Shown here: positions 9,180-19,474 of the stretch, one piece after another
Position numbering within the stretch: position 1 is the stretch's first letter
How the letters are laid out: every line of letters starts with the position of its first letter
Origin: Candidatus Latescibacterota bacterium
GTDB taxonomy: Bacteria > Latescibacterota > UBA2968 > UBA8231
DNA length: 64,000 bases
Direction of reading: 5' to 3'
Assembly: GCA_965248265.1 (NCBI GenBank)
Contig: CBDFJF010000002.1
Location: forward strand, 1,696,001-1,760,000
Program-made: the position numbers and the translations under genes
Notes under the pieces: model-generated
Seen by the model: the letters and a program-made list of their open reading frames with translations, nothing else
Databases searched by the model: none
What the model was told of the DNA's origin: nothing

Positions 9180-10928
9180 ATGTCAAAGACGGACGCCAAC
9201 ATGATCCGTGATTCGTGGCGCAGGGTCATGGTAGTGCTATGCTCTTCCGGCTTTCTACTTGCCTGCGGGGGCGAAGGTGCATCTCCGCCTGCGCCCGATG
9301 AATCGGCGGTCGAGTTCGTGGATGTGGCGCAGACCGCGGGTCTCGATTTCGAGCATTTCAACGGTCTCTCGGGCGAGTACTTCTACGTGGAAACGGCTGG
9401 CTCGGGCGGTGGATTCATCGACTACGACGGCGATGGCTGGCTGGATGTCTACCTCGTCAACGGCGCACAGCTCATCGGTCGTCCCCTCGAGCATCCTCCG
9501 GTCAATCAATTGTTTCGCAACAATTATCGCAACAACTATCGCAACAAGGCCGGCGAGTTTGACGATGTTACGGCTGGGTCCGGGGCTGGTGATGCCAGCT
9601 ATGGCACGGGGTGTGTTGCCGCCGACTACGACAATGATGGCGATCAGGATCTCTATGTGACAAACTTCGGAGCCAATGTGCTGTTGCAAAATGACGGTGG
9701 GCGCTTTCGCGACGTCACGACGCGGGAAGGGGTGGGCGACTCGCGCTGGAGCACGGCTGCCGGCTTTCTCGACTACGACGGCGATGGCGACCTGGATCTG
9801 TTGGCCGTCAACTATCTCGATTTCACCCTCGACAACAACATCGTCTGCAAGCATGGTCCGCACCGCTCCTACTGTGATCCCATGCAGTACAATCCGGTCG
9901 GCGACGTGCTGTATCGCAACGAAAGCGAACCATCAGGACATGCCGTTTTCGTCGACGTCAGTGACGAGGACGGCATCACGCTCGAAGGCCGTGGTTTGGG
10001 TATCGCCTTCTCCGACTACGATGACGACGGGGATACGGATGTGTACATCGCCAACGACAAGGACATGAACTTCCTGTATGAAAACCAGCAGGGGCAGTTC
10101 TCAGAAATGGGCCTGCAGTCGGGCACTCGGTACAATGCCGACGGTTTGGCAGAGGCAGGCATGGGGGTCGACTTCGGTGATATCGACAACGACGGGCATC
10201 CGGAGATATATGTGACCAATTTTTCGTATGAGACCAATACACTGTACGCGAATGACGGGCACGGGGAGTTTCGGGACGCTACCACAGCATTCGGTCTTGC
10301 TGAGGTGAGTTACCAACCACTCGGGTTTGGTTCCCGCTTCATGGACTACGATCACGACGGCTATCTGGACCTATTCGTCGCCAACGGCCATGTCCTCGAC
10401 AACATAGCCGAGATTCGACCGGAACTCCGCTACGCCCAGCCGAATCAGATGATGCGCAATCTGCGAGGCACCGGGTTCAAGGATGTTTCCGCATCACTCG
10501 GTACCTCGTTCGAGCATGCGGCCGTGAGTCGAGGGACCGCCGTCGGGGACTACGACAACGACGGTGATCTCGACATTCTGGTGACCAACACAGCCGACAA
10601 GCCGAATCTATTGCGGAACGACGGTGGCAACAGGGGTAACTGGTTGATCGTGGAATTGGCCGGTGCCGTTCACGGGGATGCCATCGGGGCTCGGGTCACG
10701 GCAGTGACCGGACAACGGCGTCAGCGGCGTGAGCGCCAAACTGGAGGCAGCTACCTGTCCAGCCATGACCCGCGCCTGCACTTCGGACTCGGGCGTGCGA
10801 CACAGGCTGATGTAGAGATCATCTGGCCCGGAGGGGAGACTCAGTTGCTGAACGATGTCGAAGTCAACCAGATTCTGCGCGTCCGGCAGCAGGTCTCAGC
10901 TGGAGTGCGAGACGATCGGGCAGGCTGA
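9180..10928 (+). CDS. CRTAC1/ASPIC-UnbV family lipoprotein with FG-GAP/VCBS repeats
   Basis: Lipobox LLAC, repeated DYDxDGxxDL motifs, C-terminal GGSYLSSHDPRLHFGLG (ASPIC/UnbV). Start may be 9201 or 9228. Confidence 0.9.
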   Translation: MSKTDANMIRDSWRRVMVVLCSSGFLLACGGEGASPPAPDESAVEFVDVAQTAGLDFEHFNGLSGEYFYVETAGSGGGFIDYDGDGWLDVYLVNGAQLIGRPLEHPPVNQLFRNNYRNNYRNKAGEFDDVTAGSGAGDASYGTGCVAADYDNDGDQDLYVTNFGANVLLQNDGGRFRDVTTREGVGDSRWSTAAGFLDYDGDGDLDLLAVNYLDFTLDNNIVCKHGPHRSYCDPMQYNPVGDVLYRNESEPSGHAVFVDVSDEDGITLEGRGLGIAFSDYDDDGDTDVYIANDKDMNFLYENQQGQFSEMGLQSGTRYNADGLAEAGMGVDFGDIDNDGHPEIYVTNFSYETNTLYANDGHGEFRDATTAFGLAEVSYQPLGFGSRFMDYDHDGYLDLFVANGHVLDNIAEIRPELRYAQPNQMMRNLRGTGFKDVSASLGTSFEHAAVSRGTAVGDYDNDGDLDILVTNTADKPNLLRNDGGNRGNWLIVELAGAVHGDAIGARVTAVTGQRRQRRERQTGGSYLSSHDPRLHFGLGRATQADVEIIWPGGETQLLNDVEVNQILRVRQQVSAGVRDDRAG

Positions 10929-11112
10929 GCATGAGCATGGGATAGCTCATTATCGGTAGTCAACATGTAACTACAACGATGGGGCAGCGGATAGGGTGCC
11001 CGGATCAGCGCCTGAAATCCGGGTGCCACAGTCTGTACCGTGAAAAAGGGCCCTCGTCCTCACTATTGTACAGAGGCATCGCGGGAGCCGTCATCGCCGA
11101 GGTCTAGGAACA

Positions 11113-11985
11113 GTGGAAGACATGATCACATCCACAGATGATTTCGAGTTCACGGATCTTGATCTGGTGCAGTATCGGGAACAGGGATTCTGGACTGGTC
11201 CGAGGATATTCGACGATCATCAGGTTGAGGTTTTACGCGAGGAAGTGATGCGGACGGTAAGAGGTGAGAGAGACTTTGATTGTCAGTATTTCGGGTCAGC
11301 ACCGGTTTTTGAGCCGCAGAGCTTCGGACTGACTCATATCGTCAATGGCTGGTGGGTCAACGCTGCGCTTCGTGCGGTGGCGAACGCACCCGTGATTGGC
11401 TCGATCGCCTCGAAACTGTTGAATAGTGCGACTGTGCGATTGTTACATGACCAGGTTATCCATAAACCGGGTCAAGGATCGGCTGAACGGCCGGACACTG
11501 CTGGGAACGTGGGTTGGCATCAGGATGCCGCCCATTGGACGCGCGGCCGACTGAGTTTACCCAGGTCCACCATCTTTGCTTCGGCGTGGATCGCTCTACA
11601 GGATACCGATCTTGCCAACGGATGCATGCGCTTCGTCTCTGGCTCCCACAAATGGGGATTGGTCGAGGACGCCCACAGCTTCGTCGACAAGGACCTCGAC
11701 GGTCTGGCTGAGAAATATTCCAGTGGCGACGACAGGGACTGGGTGGAAAAACCATGTGTCTTGAAAGCCGGGCAGGTTAACTTCCACAGTGGATTGACGT
11801 TCCACGGATCGGGCCCGAATCGGACCGATGCGCCGCGTCTGTCCATCGCCCTGAACATGATGCCCGGCCCACCAAACTACAACGCCACTGAACGAGATCT
11901 TCTCGACGGCCAACCATGGCATCTCGTGAAGCACCCGGATCGGTCCGAGGAACTCTTCTACCCGAAAATCTACCCGCCGGACTAA
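11113..11985 (+). CDS. PhyH family Fe(II)/2OG dioxygenase
   Basis: GWHQD, WIALQD...NGCM.FVSGSH, FHGSGPN...R. Confidence 0.9.
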   Translation: MEDMITSTDDFEFTDLDLVQYREQGFWTGPRIFDDHQVEVLREEVMRTVRGERDFDCQYFGSAPVFEPQSFGLTHIVNGWWVNAALRAVANAPVIGSIASKLLNSATVRLLHDQVIHKPGQGSAERPDTAGNVGWHQDAAHWTRGRLSLPRSTIFASAWIALQDTDLANGCMRFVSGSHKWGLVEDAHSFVDKDLDGLAEKYSSGDDRDWVEKPCVLKAGQVNFHSGLTFHGSGPNRTDAPRLSIALNMMPGPPNYNATERDLLDGQPWHLVKHPDRSEELFYPKIYPPD

Positions 11986-12036
11986 GGAGGGCTATGGGAC
12001 ATGCCCTGGGAGTATGCCCGGATCTACTGATGTCTG

Positions 12037-12837
12037 TCAGTCGGCATCGGCGTCGCCAAGCTCTAAGAGGCTATCGTCTCCGATCGGCTCAAGAGGAGTG
12101 AAGTCGCGGTTGTTGTGATACCAGGCGCGCTCCGTGCCGGTGCAGGCGTTGCTGACGGCGTTGTAATTGAGGTACATGATGGCGCGGCGAGAGGGCGATT
12201 CGTTCGAGTAGGGAGATCCGTGGATGAGGTTGCAATGGATGAAGCAGACGGCACCAGCGACCTCGGAAAGGGATTCGATTCCGTTTTGTAAGCCGAGCCG
12301 TCTGACCGCCGCGCGGTCGAGATTGTAGACGGCAGCGCCGCTGGCATCGGCGTCGGGCTCAACAGAGTCGATGTATCCCTCTCTCTGAGTGCCTGGAACG
12401 ACCATGAGGGGGGCGACAATCGAGTGGTCGACGAACACGGCGGTCATGACGCAGCGGGGCTCCATCATGCCATCGAGTCGGAACCAGGGGCCGTAATCTT
12501 GATGGAAATCCCAGGATCCGCTAGTGCCAAAACCCTCCTTCGGATTGAGGCGGCTCTGATGCAGGTAGACCTCGTCGCGCAGCAGCTGGCGGACCGGGAG
12601 CAGTATGCGCGGCAGGCGCGTGAGGAGGCCGAAGGCTTCGGAAAACCGGTGACCACCGAAGACGAGCCTGATGGCGGATGACGGCTCTTTCTCGCGCACG
12701 ACCTCCGGGCCCTGTCGCGCCATGAGGTCAGTGACGTCACGCTGCAGTAGGGACACCTCTTTGCTATCGAGCAATTCCGGGAAGAGGAGATAGCCGCGCT
12801 CATCGAACTCGGCGATTTGAGCTCTGGTAAGTTTCAC
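12037..12837 (-). CDS. PhyH family dioxygenase (EctD/amino-acid hydroxylase-like)
   Basis: LTRAQIAEFDERGYL, YLHQSRLNPK, WDFHQDY, NLIHGS; GTG start. Confidence 0.85.
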   Translation of the reverse strand: MKLTRAQIAEFDERGYLLFPELLDSKEVSLLQRDVTDLMARQGPEVVREKEPSSAIRLVFGGHRFSEAFGLLTRLPRILLPVRQLLRDEVYLHQSRLNPKEGFGTSGSWDFHQDYGPWFRLDGMMEPRCVMTAVFVDHSIVAPLMVVPGTQREGYIDSVEPDADASGAAVYNLDRAAVRRLGLQNGIESLSEVAGAVCFIHCNLIHGSPYSNESPSRRAIMYLNYNAVSNACTGTERAWYHNNRDFTPLEPIGDDSLLELGDADAD

Positions 12838-13022
12838 CCTGACTCTACTCTGCCGGATTTCTCTGGCATGTTCACATCCAGGATGATCAGATCGGGCGGA
12901 TTGGATTTGGCTGCCACAATCGCCTCGACCCCGTTCGTAGCCTCTATGATCGAGTGGCCCATCTGCTTGATGATTTCGGTGACGGTGAGACGGGTCATGG
13001 AGGAGTCGTCGGCCACCAGCAC
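12834..13022 (-). pseudogene. Truncated response-regulator receiver domain
   Basis: VLVADDS...EATNGVEAI...PPDLIILDVNMPEKSG then stop; the beta4-beta5 half with the conserved Thr/Ser and Lys is absent. Confidence 0.7.
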
Positions 13023-13047
13023 GAGTTTGCCGGGGCCAGAAGCGGTG

Positions 13048-14367
13048 TTATTGCGCGTAGACCAATCCGGGAAGCCAGAGAGCGACCTGAGGCATGAACA
13101 GGACAATCGCCAGTCCGACCAGTTGGAGGAGGATGAAGGGCCACAGGCCTGCGAAGATATCCTGCAGGGTTATGTCAGGTGGGGCCACCCCCTTTAGGTA
13201 GAACGCCGCCGGTCCAAAAGGCGGCGACAGATAAGAAACCTGCATGTTCATGCAGAACAAGACACCGAACCAGACCGGGTCGTAACCAAGGCTCTCGATG
13301 ACGGGAACGAAGATCGGAACGGTTAGTAACAAGATGCCGACCCAGTCCATGAATAACCCCATGATGACGAGAATACCCATCATGATCAGGATTACACCAA
13401 CCGGGGCCATCTCCAGGCCCATGACAACGGATTTCACGAACAGCGTCCCGCCCATGAGATTGTAAACGCCGATCAGAGCTGTGGCCCCGAAGGTCAGCCA
13501 TAACAGCATGCCGCAGGTGTTCATGGTCTGCAATGCTGATTCGCGCACGACCGTCCAATTGAGTTCTCTGCGCACGAGCGCGGCGATCAGGGTTCCCACC
13601 ACGCCCATGCCGGCCGCCTCGCTGACCGAGGCGATACCGGCGTAAATGCTGCCGAGCACCCATCCCGCCACCGTCAACGGCAGGATCAGGTCCTTGAACA
13701 AGGCCAGCTTCTCCAGAATCGGCATCTCCCGTTCTTCGAGGGGAGCCGGTGGTCCTAACGTTGGATTGAGGCCGCAGCGTATGAGGATGTAGGTCAGATA
13801 AAGGCTGGCCAGCAGCAACCCGGGCACGATGGTGGCGATGAAAAGGTCGCCGATCGGGACATTGGCCGTGAGTCCGTAGATGATGAGGACGATGCTGGGC
13901 GGGATCATGGTGCCCAATGAGCCGCCGGCACAGATCGTGCCCACCGCCAGATTCTTGTCATAGCCCAGGCGCAGCATCTGGGGCAGGGCGATCATGCCAA
14001 GCAGGACGATCTCACCGCCGATGATGCCGGTCATGGCGGCCATGATCATCGCCACGATCAGAGTCTGCACCGCCAGGCCACCCCGCAGCCCACCGCCCCA
14101 TACGTGCATGGCCCGGTAGAGGTCCTTGGCGACACCGGTGCGCTCCATTAGCGAGGCCATCAGGATGAACATGGGTACCGCTACCAGCACGTACTCGCTC
14201 ATGAAGCTGTAGATGCGGCTGCCGATCAATCCCAGCACGACCGGACCGAACTTCAGCATACCCACGGTCACGGCGACGGCGCCCGTGACGAAGGCCAGGG
14301 GCAGGCCCATCACCAGCAAAACCGCGATGGCGAGTACGATGACGAGGGTGAGGAGGCCGATATCCAT
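13048..14367 (-). CDS. dctM: TRAP transporter large permease
   Basis: AVPMFILM, GTMIPPS and LSPPFG motifs; about 12 TM helices. Confidence 0.93.
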   Translation of the reverse strand: MDIGLLTLVIVLAIAVLLVMGLPLAFVTGAVAVTVGMLKFGPVVLGLIGSRIYSFMSEYVLVAVPMFILMASLMERTGVAKDLYRAMHVWGGGLRGGLAVQTLIVAMIMAAMTGIIGGEIVLLGMIALPQMLRLGYDKNLAVGTICAGGSLGTMIPPSIVLIIYGLTANVPIGDLFIATIVPGLLLASLYLTYILIRCGLNPTLGPPAPLEEREMPILEKLALFKDLILPLTVAGWVLGSIYAGIASVSEAAGMGVVGTLIAALVRRELNWTVVRESALQTMNTCGMLLWLTFGATALIGVYNLMGGTLFVKSVVMGLEMAPVGVILIMMGILVIMGLFMDWVGILLLTVPIFVPVIESLGYDPVWFGVLFCMNMQVSYLSPPFGPAAFYLKGVAPPDITLQDIFAGLWPFILLQLVGLAIVLFMPQVALWLPGLVYAQ

Positions 14368-14382
14368 GACCGCTGACTGCGC

Positions 14383-14898
14383 CTACAACCGGTTCCGCAC
14401 GGCGCGTCCCAGCTGTACGGCTGCCTGCAGAATCATCAGGGCGACGCCGAGGGCGAGCAGAGACTTGAGGGTGACCGGTATCGGCAGGTCGGACGCCGTG
14501 CCGGTCCGTTCCATAACCTTGAGCGATTTTTCTGCCTGCAGGGCCGCTCCGTACCCGAGAGCCAGGAGGAAGTAGAGGGCAATGATGGCGTTGATGATAC
14601 TGAGCCAGTAACGCACCCGCGCCGGGACCGAGTCAAAGACCAGGCTGATGCGGATGTGGTCGCGACGTTGCAGGGTGTAGGAGCCGCCGATGATGAAGGC
14701 GGCGGCCGTCAGAAAGATGCTGACCTCGTGGACCCAGGTCGTGGGCGCGTTGAAGAAATAGCGCAAGACGACTTCATAGAAGGTCAAGGCAACGGCCAGC
14801 AGGAAAACGAAACTGGCTTTCTCGCCCAGTGCGCGCGCGACGTGGTCCACCAAGCCTTTGCACGGCCGGGTGGAATCCGGTTTGATAGTCTCAGTCAC
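14383..14898 (-). CDS. dctQ: TRAP transporter small permease
   Basis: YEVVLRYFFNAPTTWVHE, HIRI; 4 TM helices. Confidence 0.92.
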   Translation of the reverse strand: MTETIKPDSTRPCKGLVDHVARALGEKASFVFLLAVALTFYEVVLRYFFNAPTTWVHEVSIFLTAAAFIIGGSYTLQRRDHIRISLVFDSVPARVRYWLSIINAIIALYFLLALGYGAALQAEKSLKVMERTGTASDLPIPVTLKSLLALGVALMILQAAVQLGRAVRNRL

Positions 14899-14942
14899 TG
14901 ATAACCCTTGAAGCAGCGAGGCCGTTGATGGTGGTGGCGCAC

Positions 14943-15998
14943 CTATTCAAGCAAGCCCAGTTTCTTGAGAAAAATCATGTGGGAATCATAAATGCGTTGA
15001 GCCATCTCGCTGCGGGTGGCGAAAGTCTTGAGAACATCAGAGCCGATGAGGCGGAAACGATGGCGTTCTTCTTTGGTCCAGGTGACCAGCTCAGCACCCT
15101 GATCCCTGGCTGTCTGGGCCGCTTCGGCGTCGGCCAACGCCATCTGCTGGATCATGTTGCGGGCAAAGTCACGTACCGCCGTCTCGACGATGGCTTTGAG
15201 GTCGTCTGGCAGTTCATTCCAGCGTTCGACGTTGACACACACATCTCCCATCGGCAGCGAGTGGAATCCCGGGTAGATCTGGTAGGGCGCGATCTTGTGG
15301 TAGCCCAGGTCCACGTTCATGCCGAGGGTGCCCCAGTCGGTGGCGTCGATGACGCCGCGGTCGAGGGAGGTGTAGACCTCGCTGCCGGGTATGTTGACGG
15401 GGGCGGCGCCGATCTGCTTGAAAATCTCCTGGTTGAGGCCTTCGGGCACCCGCATCTTGACGCCCTTGAGGTCATCGACGGAGAGTATCGGTTTCTTCGA
15501 GGGAATCGATTCCATGCCGTGCCAGATGGAACCTATGTAATAGACGTCGAACCTACCGTAGAGCTCGCGCGCCAGTTCCCGGCCGCCACCGTACTCAAAC
15601 CACATCTGCATCTGATAGGAGTTTTCGTAGGCTCCCGGAAACTCCGACAACATGGCGAAGCCGGGATCCTTGCCGGCAAAGTATCCCGGGCCGCTCTGCT
15701 GGCCGTCGAGAATGCCCGAGCCAACGGCATCCAGAGTTTCGTTGTAGGCCACAATTGTTCCGACCGGTACCGGCTGGATCAGGAGCCTGCCACCCGTGAG
15801 CTTCCCGATATCAGCGCAGAACTCCTCAAACACCCCATGGTTGATCGAGCCGGCCTGCCACAGTGACTGCATCGTCCATCTGAATTCCTGAGCGGTGAGG
15901 CGCTCAGGGCCAACCGAAAGGAGAGTGGCAAGGCAGGCAATGAGGAAGGCACCGCTCACGTCCGTTTTTCCGTTACTCCTGAATCTGTCGAGGATCAT
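14943..15998 (-). CDS. dctP: TRAP transporter solute-binding protein
   Basis: Signal peptide then WTMQS, DLKGVKMR, GSEVYTSLDRGVIDA, WNELPDDLK. Start trimmed to the ATG at 15998. Confidence 0.92.
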   Translation of the reverse strand: MILDRFRSNGKTDVSGAFLIACLATLLSVGPERLTAQEFRWTMQSLWQAGSINHGVFEEFCADIGKLTGGRLLIQPVPVGTIVAYNETLDAVGSGILDGQQSGPGYFAGKDPGFAMLSEFPGAYENSYQMQMWFEYGGGRELARELYGRFDVYYIGSIWHGMESIPSKKPILSVDDLKGVKMRVPEGLNQEIFKQIGAAPVNIPGSEVYTSLDRGVIDATDWGTLGMNVDLGYHKIAPYQIYPGFHSLPMGDVCVNVERWNELPDDLKAIVETAVRDFARNMIQQMALADAEAAQTARDQGAELVTWTKEERHRFRLIGSDVLKTFATRSEMAQRIYDSHMIFLKKLGLLE

Positions 15999-16027
15999 GT
16001 TGGGGAACACTCCGTCAGTGGGGTGAA

Positions 16028-17494
16028 TCAATAGGGTGATTCGATGGTCGTCAACGGGCACCAGCGACTGGTCTGCAAATGGTTGATCAACATGCTCTGG
16101 GCGCGCGGGGTGGCTATCTGCTGCAATGCCAGTTCGGCATAGAAGCGCGCATAGCGATCCGGGTCCGAGAGCGCGGCGCAAATCGCGGGGACGGCGTCGT
16201 CAATGCGCTCATCCGTGTCCTCACTCATGGCAGCACCCAGTCGGGCGATGGCGAGCAGCCCATTCCAGCGCACCATGCGGTCTTCGTCGGCGACGGATTT
16301 GACCAATGCGTCGGCTGTCTTGTCCGTGAACACGCCGACCGTTCCCAGGGCCTCTGCCGCGTTGCGGCGCACGATGGCATCCGAATCCTCCATGGCAGCG
16401 GCCAAGGCATCCGCGCTCTCAGCTGCTGCCGGGCCGAGGTTGCCGAGGACGGCTGCCCCCGCGCAACGGGTGAGCGAGTCCGAATCTGGAGAGAGGAGAT
16501 CGATCATCGCCGGTACCGCCTCCTGCCCGACAGCGCACAACGCGTGCAGGGCGCTTACGTCGGCAGGATTGGCGCCCTTTGGATTGGCGGGACTGTGCTC
16601 AACGGTTGCCGTGGCAACTTGCCTCTTCAGTGTTTCGACCAATTCCGGAACAGCGCTCGCGCCGAGGGTGGCGATCTCATAAGCGGCAGTCAGGCTCCGC
16701 TCCTCCTCTTCATGCTCGAGGTCGCACAGCAGTGCCTGGCGGTCGGGGTCGCCCGTGGACCGATCACGCTTTGCCACGGAAGGCCTGCAGGTGAGCCAGT
16801 TCCAGACGCTCCTCTGTAGCGGAGCGGGTGATGACGAGTTCCAATCCAACTCACTGCAGTTCCAGGCTGGCGCCGTCGGTTCGCGCATGCGGGCGAACAT
16901 GAATTTGAGCATATAGCGCTTGCGATCGCTGTGATTGGTGGCCCGGCCATGCCAGGAGTCGAAGTTGACGATCGTGACCGTGCCCGCCGGGCCCGAGTGC
17001 AGGCACGCATTCTCGGTGGCTTTTTGAGGATCGGGGTCGGAAATCGAATTGTGGTGCTGGCGGCCCGGCATGGTCGACGTGGGCCCCATGTCATCGGTCA
17101 CATCCTGGGGATAGTAGAAAGCCATCACCCAGCGAAAGCGGTGATGACGCACGTTCCAGTCGTAGATATAGTCGTCCTTGTGCCAGTTCTGATCGCTGCT
17201 GCCAGGTTGGTGGAGGTGGCAGTAGCGGTGCGGATGCATGAAGTAACCCGGGCCGAGAAGGCTCGTTAACGCACCCCGCACGGCAGGGTGGTCGTAGATG
17301 GCGGCCAGTTCCGGGAGTTGGGGCAGAATGTTGTTTCCCGGATTACCGGTGGCGAATAATTGCTCGAGCCCACTGTACAGTCTTCCATGGATATCGTCAG
17401 GAAACTCAGCTCGCACCTGGATGGAGCCGTCGATGAGAAACTGACGGACGGAGGCATCGTCGAGGAGATGTGGGTTGATATCAGACGCATTCAT
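16028..17494 (-). CDS. PhyH-family dioxygenase fused to HEAT (PBS lyase-like) repeats
   Basis: N-terminal QNWHKD and DSWHGR; C-terminal repeats such as VRRNAAEALG, VRWNGLLAIARLG and ARFYAELAL. Confidence 0.85.
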   Translation of the reverse strand: MNASDINPHLLDDASVRQFLIDGSIQVRAEFPDDIHGRLYSGLEQLFATGNPGNNILPQLPELAAIYDHPAVRGALTSLLGPGYFMHPHRYCHLHQPGSSDQNWHKDDYIYDWNVRHHRFRWVMAFYYPQDVTDDMGPTSTMPGRQHHNSISDPDPQKATENACLHSGPAGTVTIVNFDSWHGRATNHSDRKRYMLKFMFARMREPTAPAWNCSELDWNSSSPAPLQRSVWNWLTCRPSVAKRDRSTGDPDRQALLCDLEHEEEERSLTAAYEIATLGASAVPELVETLKRQVATATVEHSPANPKGANPADVSALHALCAVGQEAVPAMIDLLSPDSDSLTRCAGAAVLGNLGPAAAESADALAAAMEDSDAIVRRNAAEALGTVGVFTDKTADALVKSVADEDRMVRWNGLLAIARLGAAMSEDTDERIDDAVPAICAALSDPDRYARFYAELALQQIATPRAQSMLINHLQTSRWCPLTTIESPY

Positions 17495-17501
17495 GACGAT
17501 C

Positions 17502-18233
17502 TCACAGGCCGGCCGGCGCCAGTATCAGCTCCGGAACGCGAGTTCGACTCGGAAGCGAGGCTACAAACAGGCAGGCGTCGGCTATGTCTTCCGGTTGCAG
17601 TGCCACCGCCATCATCTCGGGGGGGGTTGGCGCCGGCCTCTTCAGCACCAGGGGGGTGTCCGTGAGGCCGGGAAAGATGATGGAGGTGCGGATGCCGTTT
17701 TCCTGTTCCTCCGCGAAGGTACCGTGGGCAAGGCCGCTCATGCCGTGCTTGGTCGCCTGGTAGGAGACTCCGGAGGCATCCGGTTTCTGCACGCACACGG
17801 ACGACACGTAGATGATGAGGCCCCCATCCTGTTTGCGCATCACCGGTACCACGGCTTTGGTACAGTAAAAGGCGCCGGTCAGGTTGGTCGCCACCATCAT
17901 GTCCCAGGTATCGTCACTCAGCACATCCAGACTGCGCTGGGGGATGTTGGTGCCTGTTGCGTAGATGAGGATGTCAATGCGGCCGAGGGCGGTGACGGTG
18001 GTCGTTATCAGATCGTTCACGGCTTGCGAGTTACTGACATCTGTAACACACACGGTTGCCGAATCGCCGATGCGAGCGGCTACAGCCTTCAGTTCCTCCT
18101 CGTTGCGCGCGGCCAGGACGACTTGGGCACCTGCTTCAGCGAAAGAGAGGGCCGTCGCCCTGCCCATACCGCTGCTGCTGCCGACGATGACGGCGACTTT
18201 GTCATGCAGTGATTGATTCACCGATTGATTCAT
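17502..18233 (-). CDS. Short-chain dehydrogenase/reductase
   Basis: GSSSGMG (GxxxGxG), YQATK (YxxxK), FPGLTDT. Confidence 0.92.
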   Translation of the reverse strand: MNQSVNQSLHDKVAVIVGSSSGMGRATALSFAEAGAQVVLAARNEEELKAVAARIGDSATVCVTDVSNSQAVNDLITTTVTALGRIDILIYATGTNIPQRSLDVLSDDTWDMMVATNLTGAFYCTKAVVPVMRKQDGGLIIYVSSVCVQKPDASGVSYQATKHGMSGLAHGTFAEEQENGIRTSIIFPGLTDTPLVLKRPAPTPPEMMAVALQPEDIADACLFVASLPSRTRVPELILAPAGL

Positions 18234-18329
18234 TTGGCTAACTCTCGTTGATTCATCCGTGTCCCGCAACACAACCGTGATTCTGGGTGCTGCTTTCGTG
18301 ACGTGGGAATCAATAGGTTCGTTTTCGCC

Positions 18330-18394
18330 ACTGTTGTCAACTGTAGTGAAATACTGTTGTAAACTGATTTGACTATTGTAGTAAACTGATTGAC
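18330..18394. promoter_or_regulatory. Three phased direct repeats GT(A/C)AACTG in a divergent promoter region; putative operator
   Basis: Copies start at 18336, 18359 and 18381 (spacing 23 and 22 bp) in an AT-rich intergenic stretch; the two 3' copies extend to GTAAACTGATT(T)GAC. Confidence 0.5.
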
Positions 18395-18418
18395 AGCGTT
18401 CGCAAGGAGGGGCCCACC

Positions 18419-19468
18419 GTGAAGATCAGCGACATAAGAGCGATCGTGCCCATCGAGGCGAAGGCTCCCCAGGATTGGCGCGGGTGGTTCGCCCAGATCC
18501 TGGTCATGGTTGAAACCGAGGACGGACTGCGTGGGTACGGAATGGGGGGAGGTGGTGAGGCCGGCGCCCACGTCATCAATACGGCGCTGCACCATGAACT
18601 CGTAGGCGCCGATGCGACCGAAGTGGAAGAGCTCTGGCAGCGCATGTACTCATCGACGCTGGCCTACGGTCGCAAGGGCCTTGCCCTGATGGCGATCAGT
18701 GGCGTCGATCTGGCGCTGTGGGATCTGCGCGGCCGTCGCGAAGGGAGATCGATCGTTGACTTGCTCGGCGGTGCTTCGGGATCCCCTCTCCCGGCTTACA
18801 AGACCACCGGTCTGGACGGCATTCCATTGGATCTGAGTGAGGGATTTGCCGCTTACAAGGTAGGGGGCATGAGCCGGCTGGATGCGCGTGCCGACGTCGA
18901 TCGGATCGTCGAAGAGCTGAGTGAAGCACGGGACAAGGTCGGTTCCGGTTTACAATTGATGGCAGATGCCGGCATGGGCTGGAGGGATCCGGAAGTGGTA
19001 CTGACGTTGTGCGAGCGCCTGGCTCACCTGAACCTGGGCTGGTTGGAGGAACCGCTACCGGCGGATGATCTGGAGGGCTATGCGTGGTTGCGGGAGCATT
19101 CGCCCATTCCGATCGCGGCAGGGGAGCACGAGTTTACGGCAAGCGCCTTCGCCGAGTTGATGCGCCTGGGCTGTCACGACATCTACCAACCGGATGTGTC
19201 CTGGTGCGGTGGCCTGACCCAGGTCGTGGAGATCTACCAACTGGCTCGCGAGCACGGTGTCCGGGTCTGCCCGCATCGTGGGTCGGAACCGTGGGGTCTG
19301 CCGGCAATCGCCGCCCTCGACTCAGAACCGCTGGCCGAGAGTGGACGCCCATGGATGGAGTGGGTTGGGGGGAAGCCGACGATCATCGACGGGTTCGCGC
19401 ATACCACGGCGGCACCCGGATTCGACATCGCGATCGATGATCTAGCCTCCAGGTTCGAACCCGGATAG
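18419..19468 (+). CDS. Mandelate racemase/MLE family dehydratase
   Basis: AISGVDLALWDLRG, metal ligands LMAD / WLEEP / AGEHE, VCPH; AAGGAGG RBS before GTG. Confidence 0.92.
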   Translation: MKISDIRAIVPIEAKAPQDWRGWFAQILVMVETEDGLRGYGMGGGGEAGAHVINTALHHELVGADATEVEELWQRMYSSTLAYGRKGLALMAISGVDLALWDLRGRREGRSIVDLLGGASGSPLPAYKTTGLDGIPLDLSEGFAAYKVGGMSRLDARADVDRIVEELSEARDKVGSGLQLMADAGMGWRDPEVVLTLCERLAHLNLGWLEEPLPADDLEGYAWLREHSPIPIAAGEHEFTASAFAELMRLGCHDIYQPDVSWCGGLTQVVEIYQLAREHGVRVCPHRGSEPWGLPAIAALDSEPLAESGRPWMEWVGGKPTIIDGFAHTTAAPGFDIAIDDLASRFEPG

Positions 19469-19474
19469 GCCTCC

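Noticed and set aside
12037-12837. Call as ectoine hydroxylase ectD
   Set aside because: Lacks the EctD signature (FxWHSDFETWH) and ect gene context.
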